Below are positions 38,838 to 51,579 of a DNA stretch of 64,000 nt, piece after piece. The stretch's first letter is position 1. Every line of letters begins with the position of its first letter. Under the pieces are notes generated by a model. It did no database searches, was not told the origin of the DNA, and worked only from the letters and a program-made list of their open reading frames with translations. The position numbers and the translations under genes were made by a program. The stretch is from Bacteroidota bacterium (GTDB lineage Bacteria > Bacteroidota > Rhodothermia > Rhodothermales > Bin80): NCBI GenBank assembly GCA_026709065.1, contig JAPOTS010000043.1, positions 379 through 64,378 of the forward strand, written 5' to 3'.

Positions 38838-40928
38838 ATGTCAAAAAAAGAGTTTAGTCGTACACTGGTGACATCTGCGTTACCGTACACCAATGGTCCG
38901 ATTCATATTGGACATTTAGCGGGGGCCTACCTTCCTGCCGATATGTATGTGCGCTATCTGCGATTGAATCAGCAGGATGTTGTCTACGTGTGTGGCTCTG
39001 ACGAATTTGGTGTTGCCATAGTTATGCAGGCTATGGAGCAGAAGATCAGACCTCAAGATGTGATTGATCGTTATCATCCGATGATCAAACAAAGCTTTGA
39101 GGCATTTGGAATGAGCTTTGATCACTATGGTCGGACATCCAACAAACTTCATACTCAAACTAGTCAGGCGTTTTTCCAGTGTTTGGCCGACAAAAATGAA
39201 TTTGTACTCCGGCGGGAAGAACAACTATTTGATCCTGTTGCCAAGGTTTTCCTTGCAGATCGGTTTGTAAGTGGCACATGTCCTAAATGTAGTTATGAGC
39301 ATGCATTTGGGGATCAATGTGAGAAGTGTGGGGCAACCCTTAGTCCAACAGAAATTGTGAACCCTCGTAGCACGCTGACAGATGCAGTTCCAGAATTACG
39401 AGCTACAACACATTGGTACTTACCTCTTGGTAAATGGCAAAGCCGCTTGGAAGAGTACGTTGCAAACCATCCCGAATGGAAGCCCAATGTGTTAGGTCAG
39501 ATTGGATCTTGGCTTTCCGATGGACTGCGTGATAGAGCCATCACACGAGATGTCCAATGGGGCGTAACTGTCCCTGAGGAAGCGGCTAAGGCAGCCGGGG
39601 TAGATGTGAAAGGTAAGGTCATATATGTATGGTTTGATGCCCCTATTGGTTATATTTCTTCAACGCGTGAATGGGCGATCAAGAAGGGTGAACCAAATTT
39701 ATGGAAGCTGTATTGGCAAAACGATACAACACGACTAATTCATTTCATTGGTAAAGATAACATCGTTTTTCATACACTAATGTTTCCAGCAATGTTGATG
39801 GCGCATGAAGGGTATATCATTCCAGATCAAGTGCCTGCAAATGAGTTTCTCAATATTGAAGGGAGTAAACTCTCAACAAGCCGGGGATGGGCTGTATGGT
39901 TGCATGAATATTTAGAGGATTTTCCACCAGACTTACTCCGATATGTTTTGGCCACAATTCTCCCAGAATCAAAAGATTCTGATTTTAATTGGCATGAGTT
40001 TCAGACGAGGGTCAACAGTGAGTTAGCCGATATATTAGGTAATTTTGTCAATCGCTCGTTAACATTTGCAGAGCGTGAATTTGATAACACTGTGCCGAGC
40101 TTATCAGAGCTCTCAGAATCTGATCAACATACACTACAAGAATTAAAGACACTTCCACAAAAGATCGGAGAGGCTTACACGCAATTTAGATTCCGAGAGG
40201 CCGTACGGTTGACGATGAATCTCGCACGGCTTGGCAATAAGTATTTTAATGATCAAGTGCCTTGGGTCACTCGGAAGAGCAATCGTTCTCAGTGTGCAAA
40301 TACGATTCATATTTCTTTGCAGATCTGTGCTGCTTTATCCATCGTCATGGATCCAGTACTTCCGTTTTCAGCACATAAACTACGTGAGATGCTTAGATTA
40401 GACGGGGTTATATCGAGTATGCCTGAGCCGGATTCTTCACATTCATTGGTCTGGAATGATGCAGGGGCTTGTCCTCTGACTGCCGGTCATAAATTAGGAG
40501 AAAAATCAATCCTCTTTCAAAAAATCACAGACGACCAAATTCAAAAACAGATGGGTAAATTAAAGGCTACAAATTCTAAGTTACCAAGTTCTAGTATTGA
40601 AATCAAGCCAGAGATTCAGTATGATGATTTTGCCAAAATGGATTTACGTACAGGAATTATTCGTACGGCGGAGCCAGTTCCTAAGTCCAAGAAATTGTTA
40701 AAATTACAAGTGGATATAGGTGATGAAACCCGGCAGATCCTTGCAGGGGTTGCAGAACATTTTCAGACTGAGGACATCATTGGTCAATCGGTGGTGATTG
40801 TTGCTAATCTTGCACCAAGGAAGATGATGGGGTTAGAAAGTCAGGGGATGGTATTGATGGCAGAAGATAAAGAAGGTAGGTTATCATTGGTGTCAGCCGA
40901 CACGGCCCCAGGCTCCATTGTTTCCTGA
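38838..40928 (+). CDS. metG: Methionyl-tRNA synthetase with C-terminal tRNA-binding domain
   Basis: HIGH, Zn knuckle, YVWFDAPIGY, KLSTS and ANLAPRKMMGLESQGM motifs. Confidence 0.97.
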   Translation: MSKKEFSRTLVTSALPYTNGPIHIGHLAGAYLPADMYVRYLRLNQQDVVYVCGSDEFGVAIVMQAMEQKIRPQDVIDRYHPMIKQSFEAFGMSFDHYGRTSNKLHTQTSQAFFQCLADKNEFVLRREEQLFDPVAKVFLADRFVSGTCPKCSYEHAFGDQCEKCGATLSPTEIVNPRSTLTDAVPELRATTHWYLPLGKWQSRLEEYVANHPEWKPNVLGQIGSWLSDGLRDRAITRDVQWGVTVPEEAAKAAGVDVKGKVIYVWFDAPIGYISSTREWAIKKGEPNLWKLYWQNDTTRLIHFIGKDNIVFHTLMFPAMLMAHEGYIIPDQVPANEFLNIEGSKLSTSRGWAVWLHEYLEDFPPDLLRYVLATILPESKDSDFNWHEFQTRVNSELADILGNFVNRSLTFAEREFDNTVPSLSELSESDQHTLQELKTLPQKIGEAYTQFRFREAVRLTMNLARLGNKYFNDQVPWVTRKSNRSQCANTIHISLQICAALSIVMDPVLPFSAHKLREMLRLDGVISSMPEPDSSHSLVWNDAGACPLTAGHKLGEKSILFQKITDDQIQKQMGKLKATNSKLPSSSIEIKPEIQYDDFAKMDLRTGIIRTAEPVPKSKKLLKLQVDIGDETRQILAGVAEHFQTEDIIGQSVVIVANLAPRKMMGLESQGMVLMAEDKEGRLSLVSADTAPGSIVS

Positions 40929-41204
40929 GAATTACCTCATTGATTATAGCCTTGATTAAATTCATCATGCCAGGTGATGCCTGTCAAGGGCTATAAACAT
41001 TCAACAATCCATTATACAAAAAGTGATGCATTCATCTGTCACTATAATGCAGAATACCTTGATGTATCTCGATTTAAGCCCCCAAAGAAGCGGATATGAC
41101 TATGTAAAGCTCAAGAATTAATCAATTGTACTCTGGGATATAAATACTTTGAATACCCTTATGCATAGTAAAGAACCGAAGCATTGAAATATCATTTGAC
41201 GATG

Positions 41205-42101
41205 TTAATCATCATTTGACCCACTCCATAATGGAATGTTATTCTCGTAAAGTATAGTTCCTTCAGGAGATATAGTGCGGCCAGCTAACAAACTGGCATT
41301 TTCTGCGTGATCCATGACTGAGGCACCTATCTGATATTGATCCGTTCGCTTGCTCTGATCCTTGGAATTTGATCCATCAACATACAAAATCTCATGTGTC
41401 AGAGCAGTTGCTATTTTTCCGACATATCCTTTATCACCAGTGTCTTTAGGTGTGCGAGGGCTTTGAGGAGTCACCAGGACCAAGTTGTTATTTCGGATTG
41501 CACGGCGAATGGGTTTTTTTAGTCGCTGTTTAAGATGTCCTTCAAATAAAACCCAGATCATTTTTCGCTTATGTGTGAGCGTGGTTTTGACAATTTCGTT
41601 AGCCATTTTGAATCGCCCTCCAACGATGACCGTCTTCTTTTCGCTATGAAAACGGTCTGCAATCTCGCAGGATTGTTTGATCCTTGAATTAGGAATGGAG
41701 TCTGGCCCAAGAATCGCGCTCCCACCACATGACAATAGCTCATGATCACCCGATCCAAATAGTAAAGGAGGCGCAAGATTCCCCAAAGCCTTACGAATCA
41801 TTTCTGGGTAGTCGGGATCACTGCGGGCGAAGAGCCAAATGCCATTAGCTATCCACTCATTTAATTGGAATGCAAGATTTATCTTGCGATCAAATAACCA
41901 GTCAATCCTATCCTTACTGATGTTTGCATCTTCGGATATATCTAAATCAGGCCATTGCGTCAGTAAATCCTTTGGGCGTAGATCTAAACGGTGTAGTACT
42001 GTAGCCACGCGATTATACTCTGAAACATTTAATGGATGATATCGGCTTTCTCCTCCTTGATATGCGCATAATAGTAGTATGGCTTGAGTATCTTGGGTCA
42101 T
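41205..42101 (-). CDS. Degenerate DprA/Smf-like (SLOG) protein, paralog 2
   Basis: DTQAILLLC, IWLFARSDPDYP...APPLLFGSG; canonical VGSR and SG.A.G.D motifs diverged. Confidence 0.7.
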   Translation of the reverse strand: MTQDTQAILLLCAYQGGESRYHPLNVSEYNRVATVLHRLDLRPKDLLTQWPDLDISEDANISKDRIDWLFDRKINLAFQLNEWIANGIWLFARSDPDYPEMIRKALGNLAPPLLFGSGDHELLSCGGSAILGPDSIPNSRIKQSCEIADRFHSEKKTVIVGGRFKMANEIVKTTLTHKRKMIWVLFEGHLKQRLKKPIRRAIRNNNLVLVTPQSPRTPKDTGDKGYVGKIATALTHEILYVDGSNSKDQSKRTDQYQIGASVMDHAENASLLAGRTISPEGTILYENNIPLWSGSNDD

Positions 42102-42147
42102 AGAAATGAAGTGGTCATTAAGTTGATTTAGTGCACTTCAAATTTAC

Positions 42148-43278
42148 CTAATCAAATAATTCTCCTTGAACGCCATTTTGAGATATCGACTCAGTGGTAG
42201 AAAGTTTCGTAGCGGGTTCTGATGAATCTATTGAGTGATGATCATCATGGATGTGGCCGCTTAGATCTTCAGCGGAAGGGGGTGAACTTTTCGTATTGGT
42301 TCCTGTATGGTCAGTGGTCTCAATCAGTGGCTCATTCTGTTTAATCTGTCTCTGTAAGGAGCCATTAAACAGACCAGCATCAATGGCAATTTCTTCATCA
42401 ATCCAGGGGTGAGCTCCATTGCTAAGTAAAGATTCAGCCAGCGATGATACAGGATCGTGGCGATAAACAAAACATTTTTTTTTGGGCAAAGATCGTAAGA
42501 TTGCCTCTCCCGAGTTAAAGTCATCCATACTTAATTCATTACTATCAATATAGATTGCATGATCACACATAGCAACAAGTAGTGAACCGATTTCAGGTTC
42601 CTCTGAAAATGTGCGAATGTCGGCAGGACTCCGACTAGAAAGTAAGGTAATATTTCCAGATGCCTTGGCATCTCTACACGGCCTATCAAGGGGTTGACCC
42701 AATAGTTTTCCAGGGCGTAGCCAAATAAATGAGTTGCCTAACTCAATCCCCGATTTAATCAATTGTGTTGAGATTGGATGTTGCCCAGCGATAATCAACG
42801 GGCTATGATGCTGTATACACAGTTCAGTCACCGTATGAATGAAGCGATTCAATTGAGCTGTCTCCATAGAAGGTCCTATCACCGCAGTTCCGCCTATCCC
42901 TAATAGCGAGGGTTCGCCGCTCCCAAAAAGGATTGGTGGAGACTGTGATTTTAAGTGTTGATGGATTCGTAACGGATAGCCATCATCGCTACGACTGATG
43001 ATCCACATGCTTCGTCGTTTCCAGTCTTCTAGATAAAACCCAAGAGATATTCTACGATTCAATAAACCCGTTAAGCGCTCTAAATTTAACCCAGTTGCTA
43101 CACTTGCCTCTTCAATATAGGACAGATCTTTAAGATCTCTTGGTCGCAGATCGTGTTGATAAAGCCATGATGCAAGTAAGTTGTACTCTTGAAGTCCTAA
43201 GGGCACATATTCTCGCTCTCCTGCAAACCAAGCACAGAGTAACACAACTTCATTGGTATCTTCCGAAAGGGGCCACAT
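42148..43278 (-). CDS. Degenerate DprA/Smf-like (SLOG) protein, paralog 1
   Basis: DTNEVVLLC, WIISRSDDGYP...SPPILFGSG; low-complexity tail ending QGELFD. Confidence 0.72.
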   Translation of the reverse strand: MWPLSEDTNEVVLLCAWFAGEREYVPLGLQEYNLLASWLYQHDLRPRDLKDLSYIEEASVATGLNLERLTGLLNRRISLGFYLEDWKRRSMWIISRSDDGYPLRIHQHLKSQSPPILFGSGEPSLLGIGGTAVIGPSMETAQLNRFIHTVTELCIQHHSPLIIAGQHPISTQLIKSGIELGNSFIWLRPGKLLGQPLDRPCRDAKASGNITLLSSRSPADIRTFSEEPEIGSLLVAMCDHAIYIDSNELSMDDFNSGEAILRSLPKKKCFVYRHDPVSSLAESLLSNGAHPWIDEEIAIDAGLFNGSLQRQIKQNEPLIETTDHTGTNTKSSPPSAEDLSGHIHDDHHSIDSSEPATKLSTTESISQNGVQGELFD

Positions 43279-43282
43279 TTTG

Positions 43283-45385
43283 TTAATCTGACAAGGTGTG
43301 TATCATTAAAGCTGCCGGAATCACTTTAGGACAATCGTCATATCGTAGCAAAGCTGCAACCGTTGCAAATGTCCAGCCACTCGTTGTGATGTCATCAATC
43401 AAAAGCGTTGGCGCTCTGCATGGCTGATCAATCACAAAAGCATTGGCAACATTTCGGGCACGCAGAATAGGATTTTTCATGTCACTTTGACGGCTACCGT
43501 TCGGAGTTCTGGAAACGGCATGGATCAGAGATAAGCCAAGATGATCTGCAACCTTCTGTGCAAGAAATTGAATCTGCCTCTGGCGTGATATCGAAGGGAT
43601 ATAGGTCACATACGAAGGCATTATTTTTCGATTTTTTAATAAAGTTGCGAATGCTTCTATCACACCATCTGAATAGTTCTGGCCAGAGGTGCGTTCTCTC
43701 ATAATTTGATGTCCGAGGTCACTGTCAAACATTCTACACAAGGCGAATCCCCATGATGCTTGATACTTCTCAATAATTTTGGTCGTAGCGTGAATCGGGT
43801 GGTCGGATAGATCGGCAATGGGCCATTTTTTATGGACAAAAATCTGATTGAGTTTTTTGCCGAGAAACTGCTGGGCTTCATTGATCTTTTCAGCCTTTGG
43901 AAGATAATTCATGTCTCGTCGATCAATACAATTCCTACATCGACCACAGGATTCAGCTGATGGATCATCAAGTGCATGTTGCAAAAACGACATGAGGCAT
44001 CCATCATGGTTCATGTATTGTCGCATTTGTGCTTTCTCATCCGAGCGAATTTTCCGAAGCCTTTCAATCCGTTCTGGTGGGATTTGAAAGCCATCAGTTT
44101 CACCAGTTGCATACCAGATTCCTCGTTCATTGATGACGGGTGCAGGGGATTCCAGTGATGCGAGGGAGAGAACTTTTTCAATGCGACTTTTTTTCAGATT
44201 GACCTGAAACATGATTTCTTTGAGCTTTAGGCCACTATCGGCTTCCTCGAGTGCATTCATCACTAAATCAATTTCAGTCTGAGAAGGAAAAGCATTATCC
44301 AAGAAGTAGTCTGCAATTCGCTCATCCTCTTCGCCCCACATTAAAAATCCGTAAGCATCAGTGATTCCACGCCCAGCGCGACCTACCTGTTGATAATAGT
44401 GGACGACCGAACTCGGTCTCTGATAATGAATGATAAAGGATAAGTCTGGCTTATCAAATCCCATTCCAAGAGCTATAGTCGCAACCAGCACTTTGATATT
44501 ATTGTTTTGGAGTTCTTTTTCCAGATGTTCCCGTTCTTCGGTTCCCCCATAATAGGCGTGTGCATCAATTTTTTTATACTGAAGCCATTTCGTCACAAGG
44601 TCTGCATCTTTACGAGTCAGGACATACACGATTCCACTGCCCGGCAAGTGTTCAGGGATTGCCCATGCCATCCAAGCCAATCGTGTACTGGGTTCGGGCA
44701 TTTTAAAGTTATGTAATTGCAAACTGCGTCGAATGAGGCTCCCTCGTGTGACTTGTATATTGTCTCCAAGTTGGTGTTTTATATCTTCTACAACTCGATT
44801 ATTTGCTGTTGCTGTGGTTGCCACAACCGATGATCCCTGAGGAATCATTTGTTGGATTCTGCGGATTCTTAGATAATCGGGGCGAAAGTCATGCCCCCAA
44901 TCTGAGATGCAATGCGCTTCGTCAATAATCAACATCCCTATACCGCTAGCAATGATCGGTAAGGTCTTGGTAAGAAACATGTTGGATCCTAAGCGCTCAG
45001 GGGTGATCATCAGTATATCTACCTTGTCGTCTTGGAGTTCTTCATGGATTTTTTTCCACTCGCCATGATTATCTCCTGTCATGCGTCTGGCATTCAATCC
45101 AAGTGCGAATGCCGCATCCTCTTGATTACGCATCAGCGCAAGTAAGGGTGAAATCATCAGAGACGGCCCCGCGCCTTGTTCTCGACGCAGCTTAGTAGAA
45201 ATGGTATAGACCATCGTCTTCCCCCAACCTGTACGCTGCACGACCAGCACACGATTGCCCATCACGGCTTGATAAATGCTTTCCCATTGCCCGTCGCGAA
45301 AATCTGCATCTCCACTACCTACGGCAGCCCTAAGATGTAGCAAAGCAATTTGTTTAAGCGATTCTCGATGTTTCAATGATGGCAT
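43283..45385 (-). CDS. RecQ-family helicase with C-terminal ComF-like phosphoribosyltransferase domain
   Basis: QRTGWGKT, DEAHCISDWGHDFRPDY, YYQQVGRAGR, Zn-binding CGRCRNC, PRPP motif LLIDDITTSG. Confidence 0.9.
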   Translation of the reverse strand: MPSLKHRESLKQIALLHLRAAVGSGDADFRDGQWESIYQAVMGNRVLVVQRTGWGKTMVYTISTKLRREQGAGPSLMISPLLALMRNQEDAAFALGLNARRMTGDNHGEWKKIHEELQDDKVDILMITPERLGSNMFLTKTLPIIASGIGMLIIDEAHCISDWGHDFRPDYLRIRRIQQMIPQGSSVVATTATANNRVVEDIKHQLGDNIQVTRGSLIRRSLQLHNFKMPEPSTRLAWMAWAIPEHLPGSGIVYVLTRKDADLVTKWLQYKKIDAHAYYGGTEEREHLEKELQNNNIKVLVATIALGMGFDKPDLSFIIHYQRPSSVVHYYQQVGRAGRGITDAYGFLMWGEEDERIADYFLDNAFPSQTEIDLVMNALEEADSGLKLKEIMFQVNLKKSRIEKVLSLASLESPAPVINERGIWYATGETDGFQIPPERIERLRKIRSDEKAQMRQYMNHDGCLMSFLQHALDDPSAESCGRCRNCIDRRDMNYLPKAEKINEAQQFLGKKLNQIFVHKKWPIADLSDHPIHATTKIIEKYQASWGFALCRMFDSDLGHQIMRERTSGQNYSDGVIEAFATLLKNRKIMPSYVTYIPSISRQRQIQFLAQKVADHLGLSLIHAVSRTPNGSRQSDMKNPILRARNVANAFVIDQPCRAPTLLIDDITTSGWTFATVAALLRYDDCPKVIPAALMIHTLSD

Positions 45386-45711
45386 TGATAAGATGGATGG
45401 CCAGTATACTAGTCCAATGATGACAGATGTTTGTCCAAATCATCGCTGACAGATAACCTCCATGAGGAAAACTTAAACAACGTCATATTCTGCAATAGGG
45501 AGTTACTGGTATAATCATTATTCAATTGCAAAGATATTAAGGGTTGAAAATCAAACCCTAACCGAACGTTTCGCTCAATTCATACAAAATAGGATAAATT
45601 ATTCCAATCTACATATTTTTCTCTGCTATCGTTCACAATTTGGAGGGTCTATCGTCAGTGGCTAAATCAATTTGGTTCGGGCATAAGCCATCTCACCAAT
45701 TTAGAATCCAC

Positions 45712-45746
45712 AAAAAAGCGCCCCGACAATAAAGCTTAGGGGCGCT
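45712..45746 (-). terminator. Rho-independent terminator after the metalloprotease gene
   Basis: AGCGCCCC/GGGGCGCT stem followed by a U-tract on the minus strand. Confidence 0.7.
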
Positions 45747-45827
45747 ATGATAATTACTGAATTCCTACTGAATACCCTATTTCACTAGCATCATTGTAAT
45801 TCCCACAAATTACAACAATGCAGAAAC

Positions 45828-48371
45828 TTAGTGGCTGCACCATTCTATGGATGTTGCATGTAAAAACTGATGGTGAAACTCCCTGCGTTCACTTGAACCG
45901 ATTGGAGAGCCAGGAGGGATTGAGGAGTGTTCTCTGTGCTCGTCTGCCTGATAGTCTCTACCTAAATAACGGTCAATTTCGCTGAGTACCATTTGCCGAT
46001 GATAACGCGTTGCTTGATCGCTTTGAGGAGCCTGCGCTTGGGGTATCCACTGTGAGAATTCGCGAAGCCGTTCCAGAACGAATGATTTCACCGCGGGGGC
46101 TACATCTGAGCGATTTGCCAATGCGATGAGTTCATCAATCCAGACCAATTGCACAATACGCTGTAATTCTGCTTCATAAGCATTGTCGGCAATCTCAACT
46201 CCCCAAACTGCATCACTGACGATTTCTAAAACGTTATGAAAATCGATCAACGTCTCATCAAGATCATTCTGGTAGGTCAAGCGAGCAGCGCGCTCAGGAT
46301 TGAGAATCTGGGAAAATACCATCGTGGCTACCGCAGCAGCTGGCGTGTAAGGATCAAATGTGACTCCTGAATGCCGGTGAAATAACTCTCGGTGGGTGGG
46401 GTAACCAGGCGGGCGTGGGGGTAGCGTAGTTCGGACGGTTTCTGGAACTCTGAGCTGTCTCGCCGTTACAGCCACTAATAATGCATCAAGAGCGTCTTGC
46501 TGAACCTGAGCTTCAACAGGTTCCACTTTGGCTTGCTCATCACCACGAAGGGCATAGCTATAGGTGACTCCCCCAAGTAACTTAGCAGTGGCTTCTATCT
46601 GATAGCGATGGCGCAAGTACAGTGGAACTAATGTCTCCTCCATCGTTGCTAAGGGTTGACCAATGCGGATGACTTCCTCATTAAATCGACTGAGTGCAAG
46701 GTCACGGACTTCCATTTCGTGATAGAGTGCACGAACCATGTCATCTCCATTATCCCAGAGGTTAGAGAGAGGATGTGCAGCACCTGTGGGGCGGGCATCC
46801 GCGTCAGTGATATAGAGTAATCCTTTATCCCACGCTCTCTGTAAGATCGCATCTAATAAAGCTTGTTCATCTTCCTCTGGAAGCGGTTGAGCATAGCCAT
46901 AGGCAATCGCAACTTTATCCCATTCTCCTACCCCAGAAGCATAAGCACTAGTGAGATCAATCTCGTTGTTTTCATTAATGACAGCAAAGGGTGCTGGATA
47001 GTCCATGACCGATGACCGGCGATTGATGGAGGATGCAAAATTGTGGCTAAGTCCTAAGGTATGACCTACTTCATGTGCAGAGAGTTGTCGAATGCGAGCC
47101 AGTGACATCAATAGCATTGGATCATTGTCCAGAGGAGAGTCGCGATAGGGTGCAAGTAAACCTTCTGCAATGAGATAATCTTGTCTCACTCGGAGTGATC
47201 CAAGAGAAACATGCCCCTTGATAATTTCACCTGTTCGAGGATCAATGACACTTGCTCCATAACTCCAGCCGCGAGTCGCTCTGTGGATCCATTGAATGGT
47301 ATTATATCGTACATCCATAGGATCTGCACCGTCTGGAAGCATTTCAATTCGAAACGCATTAGAAAATCCAGCAGCTTCAAAGGCCTCCGACCACCACTGC
47401 GCCCCTTCTAAGAGAGCACCTCGTACAGGTTCAGGTGTTCCAGAATCAAGATAGTATATGATTGGGGAGACAGGATCGCTGATCACTGAATCGGGGAACT
47501 GTTTAATCAAACGGTGGCGACGGATGAAATGCTTCATCATGTTTTCACCGATTGGAACCGCATAATCTTTATAGCTGATGGCTCCGTATCCAGCCCCTGG
47601 GTGAAAAACTCTGGGGGTATAACCATCATCAGGAAGCATGATGAGCGAATGTCGAACGCTTAATGTAACCGAATGAGGGTCGGCTGCTACATCGCGGACG
47701 AAATTTCCAGGATTGGATGATGTAAACGTGATTCGGGCCTCAAGTTCTGTATTTCTGGGAAATGCTTTGAGCATCAATGGAATCACAGCACTACGACTTT
47801 TGTCAAGTGAAAAATTTCCCTGATCCGCTTGACGTAATCGGCCCACAACATCATTAGCATCTCGTATCACAAAATCCGTTGCATTCACGAGAATTCTGCC
47901 ATTCTGTTGGGCTTCAATTTTGAATCCCCAAATGATTGCTTCGGCAAATGCCTCTCGCACCGATGTACGCTCGGCGGGTGATTCTGAATCGGCACGATAA
48001 CGAAGATTAGGCATGACCATGAGTATCTTTTGACCACTGCGTTCAAACCGGACTAAACGCGTACGACCGAGTTGACTGCGGTCTAGCCCAATATCATTGG
48101 AACCAAGTCCAGATGGCATAGAAGTTAGATATATGAAATCTTGATTTAAGGTAGGAATTTCAAGATAAATCGAGCCAGTAATTGCATCCCAATATATTGG
48201 AAAAAACCCATCTGATTTTTCCATTCCATCGGTTTTTTTGGCAATCGTGGGAAGCGATTGCCCATAGACAGGCACGATGATTATTAGCCAAAGCAGGAGG
48301 GGCAAAGAAATTCGAGCTAGTAGTGTCATCATAAAAGATGTGTTGTAAGTTTTGTAAATGAATATTTTCAT
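45828..48371 (-). CDS. Secreted zinc-dependent metalloprotease (EcxA-like, DUF5117/DUF4953)
   Basis: Signal peptide, DPRTGEIIKG, HEVGHTLGLSHNF and SSVMDY (Met-turn) motifs. Confidence 0.9.
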   Translation of the reverse strand: MKIFIYKTYNTSFMMTLLARISLPLLLWLIIIVPVYGQSLPTIAKKTDGMEKSDGFFPIYWDAITGSIYLEIPTLNQDFIYLTSMPSGLGSNDIGLDRSQLGRTRLVRFERSGQKILMVMPNLRYRADSESPAERTSVREAFAEAIIWGFKIEAQQNGRILVNATDFVIRDANDVVGRLRQADQGNFSLDKSRSAVIPLMLKAFPRNTELEARITFTSSNPGNFVRDVAADPHSVTLSVRHSLIMLPDDGYTPRVFHPGAGYGAISYKDYAVPIGENMMKHFIRRHRLIKQFPDSVISDPVSPIIYYLDSGTPEPVRGALLEGAQWWSEAFEAAGFSNAFRIEMLPDGADPMDVRYNTIQWIHRATRGWSYGASVIDPRTGEIIKGHVSLGSLRVRQDYLIAEGLLAPYRDSPLDNDPMLLMSLARIRQLSAHEVGHTLGLSHNFASSINRRSSVMDYPAPFAVINENNEIDLTSAYASGVGEWDKVAIAYGYAQPLPEEDEQALLDAILQRAWDKGLLYITDADARPTGAAHPLSNLWDNGDDMVRALYHEMEVRDLALSRFNEEVIRIGQPLATMEETLVPLYLRHRYQIEATAKLLGGVTYSYALRGDEQAKVEPVEAQVQQDALDALLVAVTARQLRVPETVRTTLPPRPPGYPTHRELFHRHSGVTFDPYTPAAAVATMVFSQILNPERAARLTYQNDLDETLIDFHNVLEIVSDAVWGVEIADNAYEAELQRIVQLVWIDELIALANRSDVAPAVKSFVLERLREFSQWIPQAQAPQSDQATRYHRQMVLSEIDRYLGRDYQADEHREHSSIPPGSPIGSSERREFHHQFLHATSIEWCSH

Positions 48372-48692
48372 GAAATAAGCTCGTCAGCAGTCAATAAAAT
48401 CAGTTGATTCATTCTGAAACGTTAGCACAGACCATGGTCATTTAAATAAAAATCATGGATGCAATATTGAAATCGTTTCAAAATTTAAGAAAATTCAATG
48501 ATTAGAATTTTATTTAGAAAAAAGTGAAGCCATTTTGATTGATCATCGTTAAACGGCATCCTAAGTTAAGAATCTTATAGCTGTTTTTTTAACCCAACTC
48601 TGAAAAATAATTTAGGTGGCCTTGCACGTACGTCTTACTGATGTCACTTAATGATCGGTTGAAATGACTAATAAACCTCTCGTCCCATTTAA

Positions 48693-50194
<1,502 letters not shown>

Positions 50195-50195
<1 letters not shown>

Positions 50196-50614
50196 TGAGT
50201 GACGGCCAGCGATTGCTTCGGGTTGACATTGTAGCCCCTGATAAACGGGTATTTCAGGGGGATGCAGTTGGAATTCGTGCGCCAGGGATTGACGGTAGCT
50301 TTCAGATTCTCTACAACCATGCCCCAATGATTGCATATCTCAGTGTTGGTCCGTTGGTCGTGACGCTTTCAAATGCCGAGAAAACAGTATTTGCAACAAG
50401 CGGGGGGTTTATTGAAGTCATTGGTAATGTCGTGACCGTTCTGGCTGAAACAGCAGAGTCTGCATCTGAAATTGACACCGAGCGTGCAAAAAAAGCTGAA
50501 CAACGTGCCTTAGAACGGATTAAGACTGCCTCAACCGATCAGGATCGTATCCGTGCTGAGCAATCCCTTGATCGAGCGCGTAATCGCTTACGAATTCAGC
50601 TGTCAAACGCGTAA
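50195..50614 (+). CDS. atpC: F1 ATP synthase epsilon subunit
   Basis: IVAPD, ILYNHAP and SGGFIEV motifs; overlaps the atpD stop codon. Confidence 0.95.
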
Positions 50615-50700
50615 TGGCGCTTGAGGCAGTCTAGATTTTTCTCATAGATTGATGTTAATTCAGCGGACAACCAAACAATTGCATCATTCACATCAGAGAA

Positions 50701-51579
50701 ATGGCATTTTCCATTGGTAAGTTGCAGCGTGCCTCCCAATGGCTTTCAGTCTTCATCATTTGCATTGGATTTGCCATGACAACTGTAGCCCAATCTGACT
50801 CTACTTGGAGCACAGAGGTTTATGGGACAGTGTCGGTTTCGCAAGTTGGGTTTTGGCGTTGGTATGAGGGGGGCATTAGTTCGCTCGCACTTGGGACAAA
50901 TCTTAGTGGCAAGGCGACAAAAACATCAAGAGACGTTCAACAAGAGTATGAAGCCCGCCTCACGTTTGGAGTCGTTAAACAAGATGGAATTGAGTTACGC
51001 AAATCAGATGACCTAATTCAACTCCAAGGTGCATTCAAATTTTCGGAGATCTCTGTCTTTGGCGAACTAAACCCCGCTCTGTCTGTGGATATTCGGTCTC
51101 AATTTGCAAAAGGGTATCAGTACGATGAAAAAGATCTCACCAAAAAAGGCATACGGATTTCAGGATTTTTATCACCTGCAATTGTAACGCAGACAATTGC
51201 CCTGAATTATCCAGCAAAGAGTTGGCTTAATATACGCTTAGGGATGGCAGCGAAACAGACGATTGTGACAATTAAGGATCTGCGTAGTCGCTACAAGGTC
51301 TCTCAGGATCAAATTATTCGTTGGCAGGTCGGATCCGCTGGGCATATCAACTTTGAGCGGACAATTTTTACCAATGTTCATTTGAAATCAATCTTGACTC
51401 TCTTTCTTGCTTTTAATCAGCAATCACCCGATTCAATCTGGGAAACATTCTTAACTATGAAAGTGAATTCATGGCTTCAGGTCAACGCAGAGTATACTGC
51501 CCTATATGATAGAGATTTGGCCACCTATGTTCAACAAAAACAACTGTTAACATTAGGTGTTTCATTCAAGGTTCTTTAG
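50701..51579 (+). CDS. DUF3078 outer-membrane protein
   Basis: Signal peptide, W..GG, RKSDD, RSQFAKGY, FLSPA and LYDRD motifs. Confidence 0.8.
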   Translation: MAFSIGKLQRASQWLSVFIICIGFAMTTVAQSDSTWSTEVYGTVSVSQVGFWRWYEGGISSLALGTNLSGKATKTSRDVQQEYEARLTFGVVKQDGIELRKSDDLIQLQGAFKFSEISVFGELNPALSVDIRSQFAKGYQYDEKDLTKKGIRISGFLSPAIVTQTIALNYPAKSWLNIRLGMAAKQTIVTIKDLRSRYKVSQDQIIRWQVGSAGHINFERTIFTNVHLKSILTLFLAFNQQSPDSIWETFLTMKVNSWLQVNAEYTALYDRDLATYVQQKQLLTLGVSFKVL

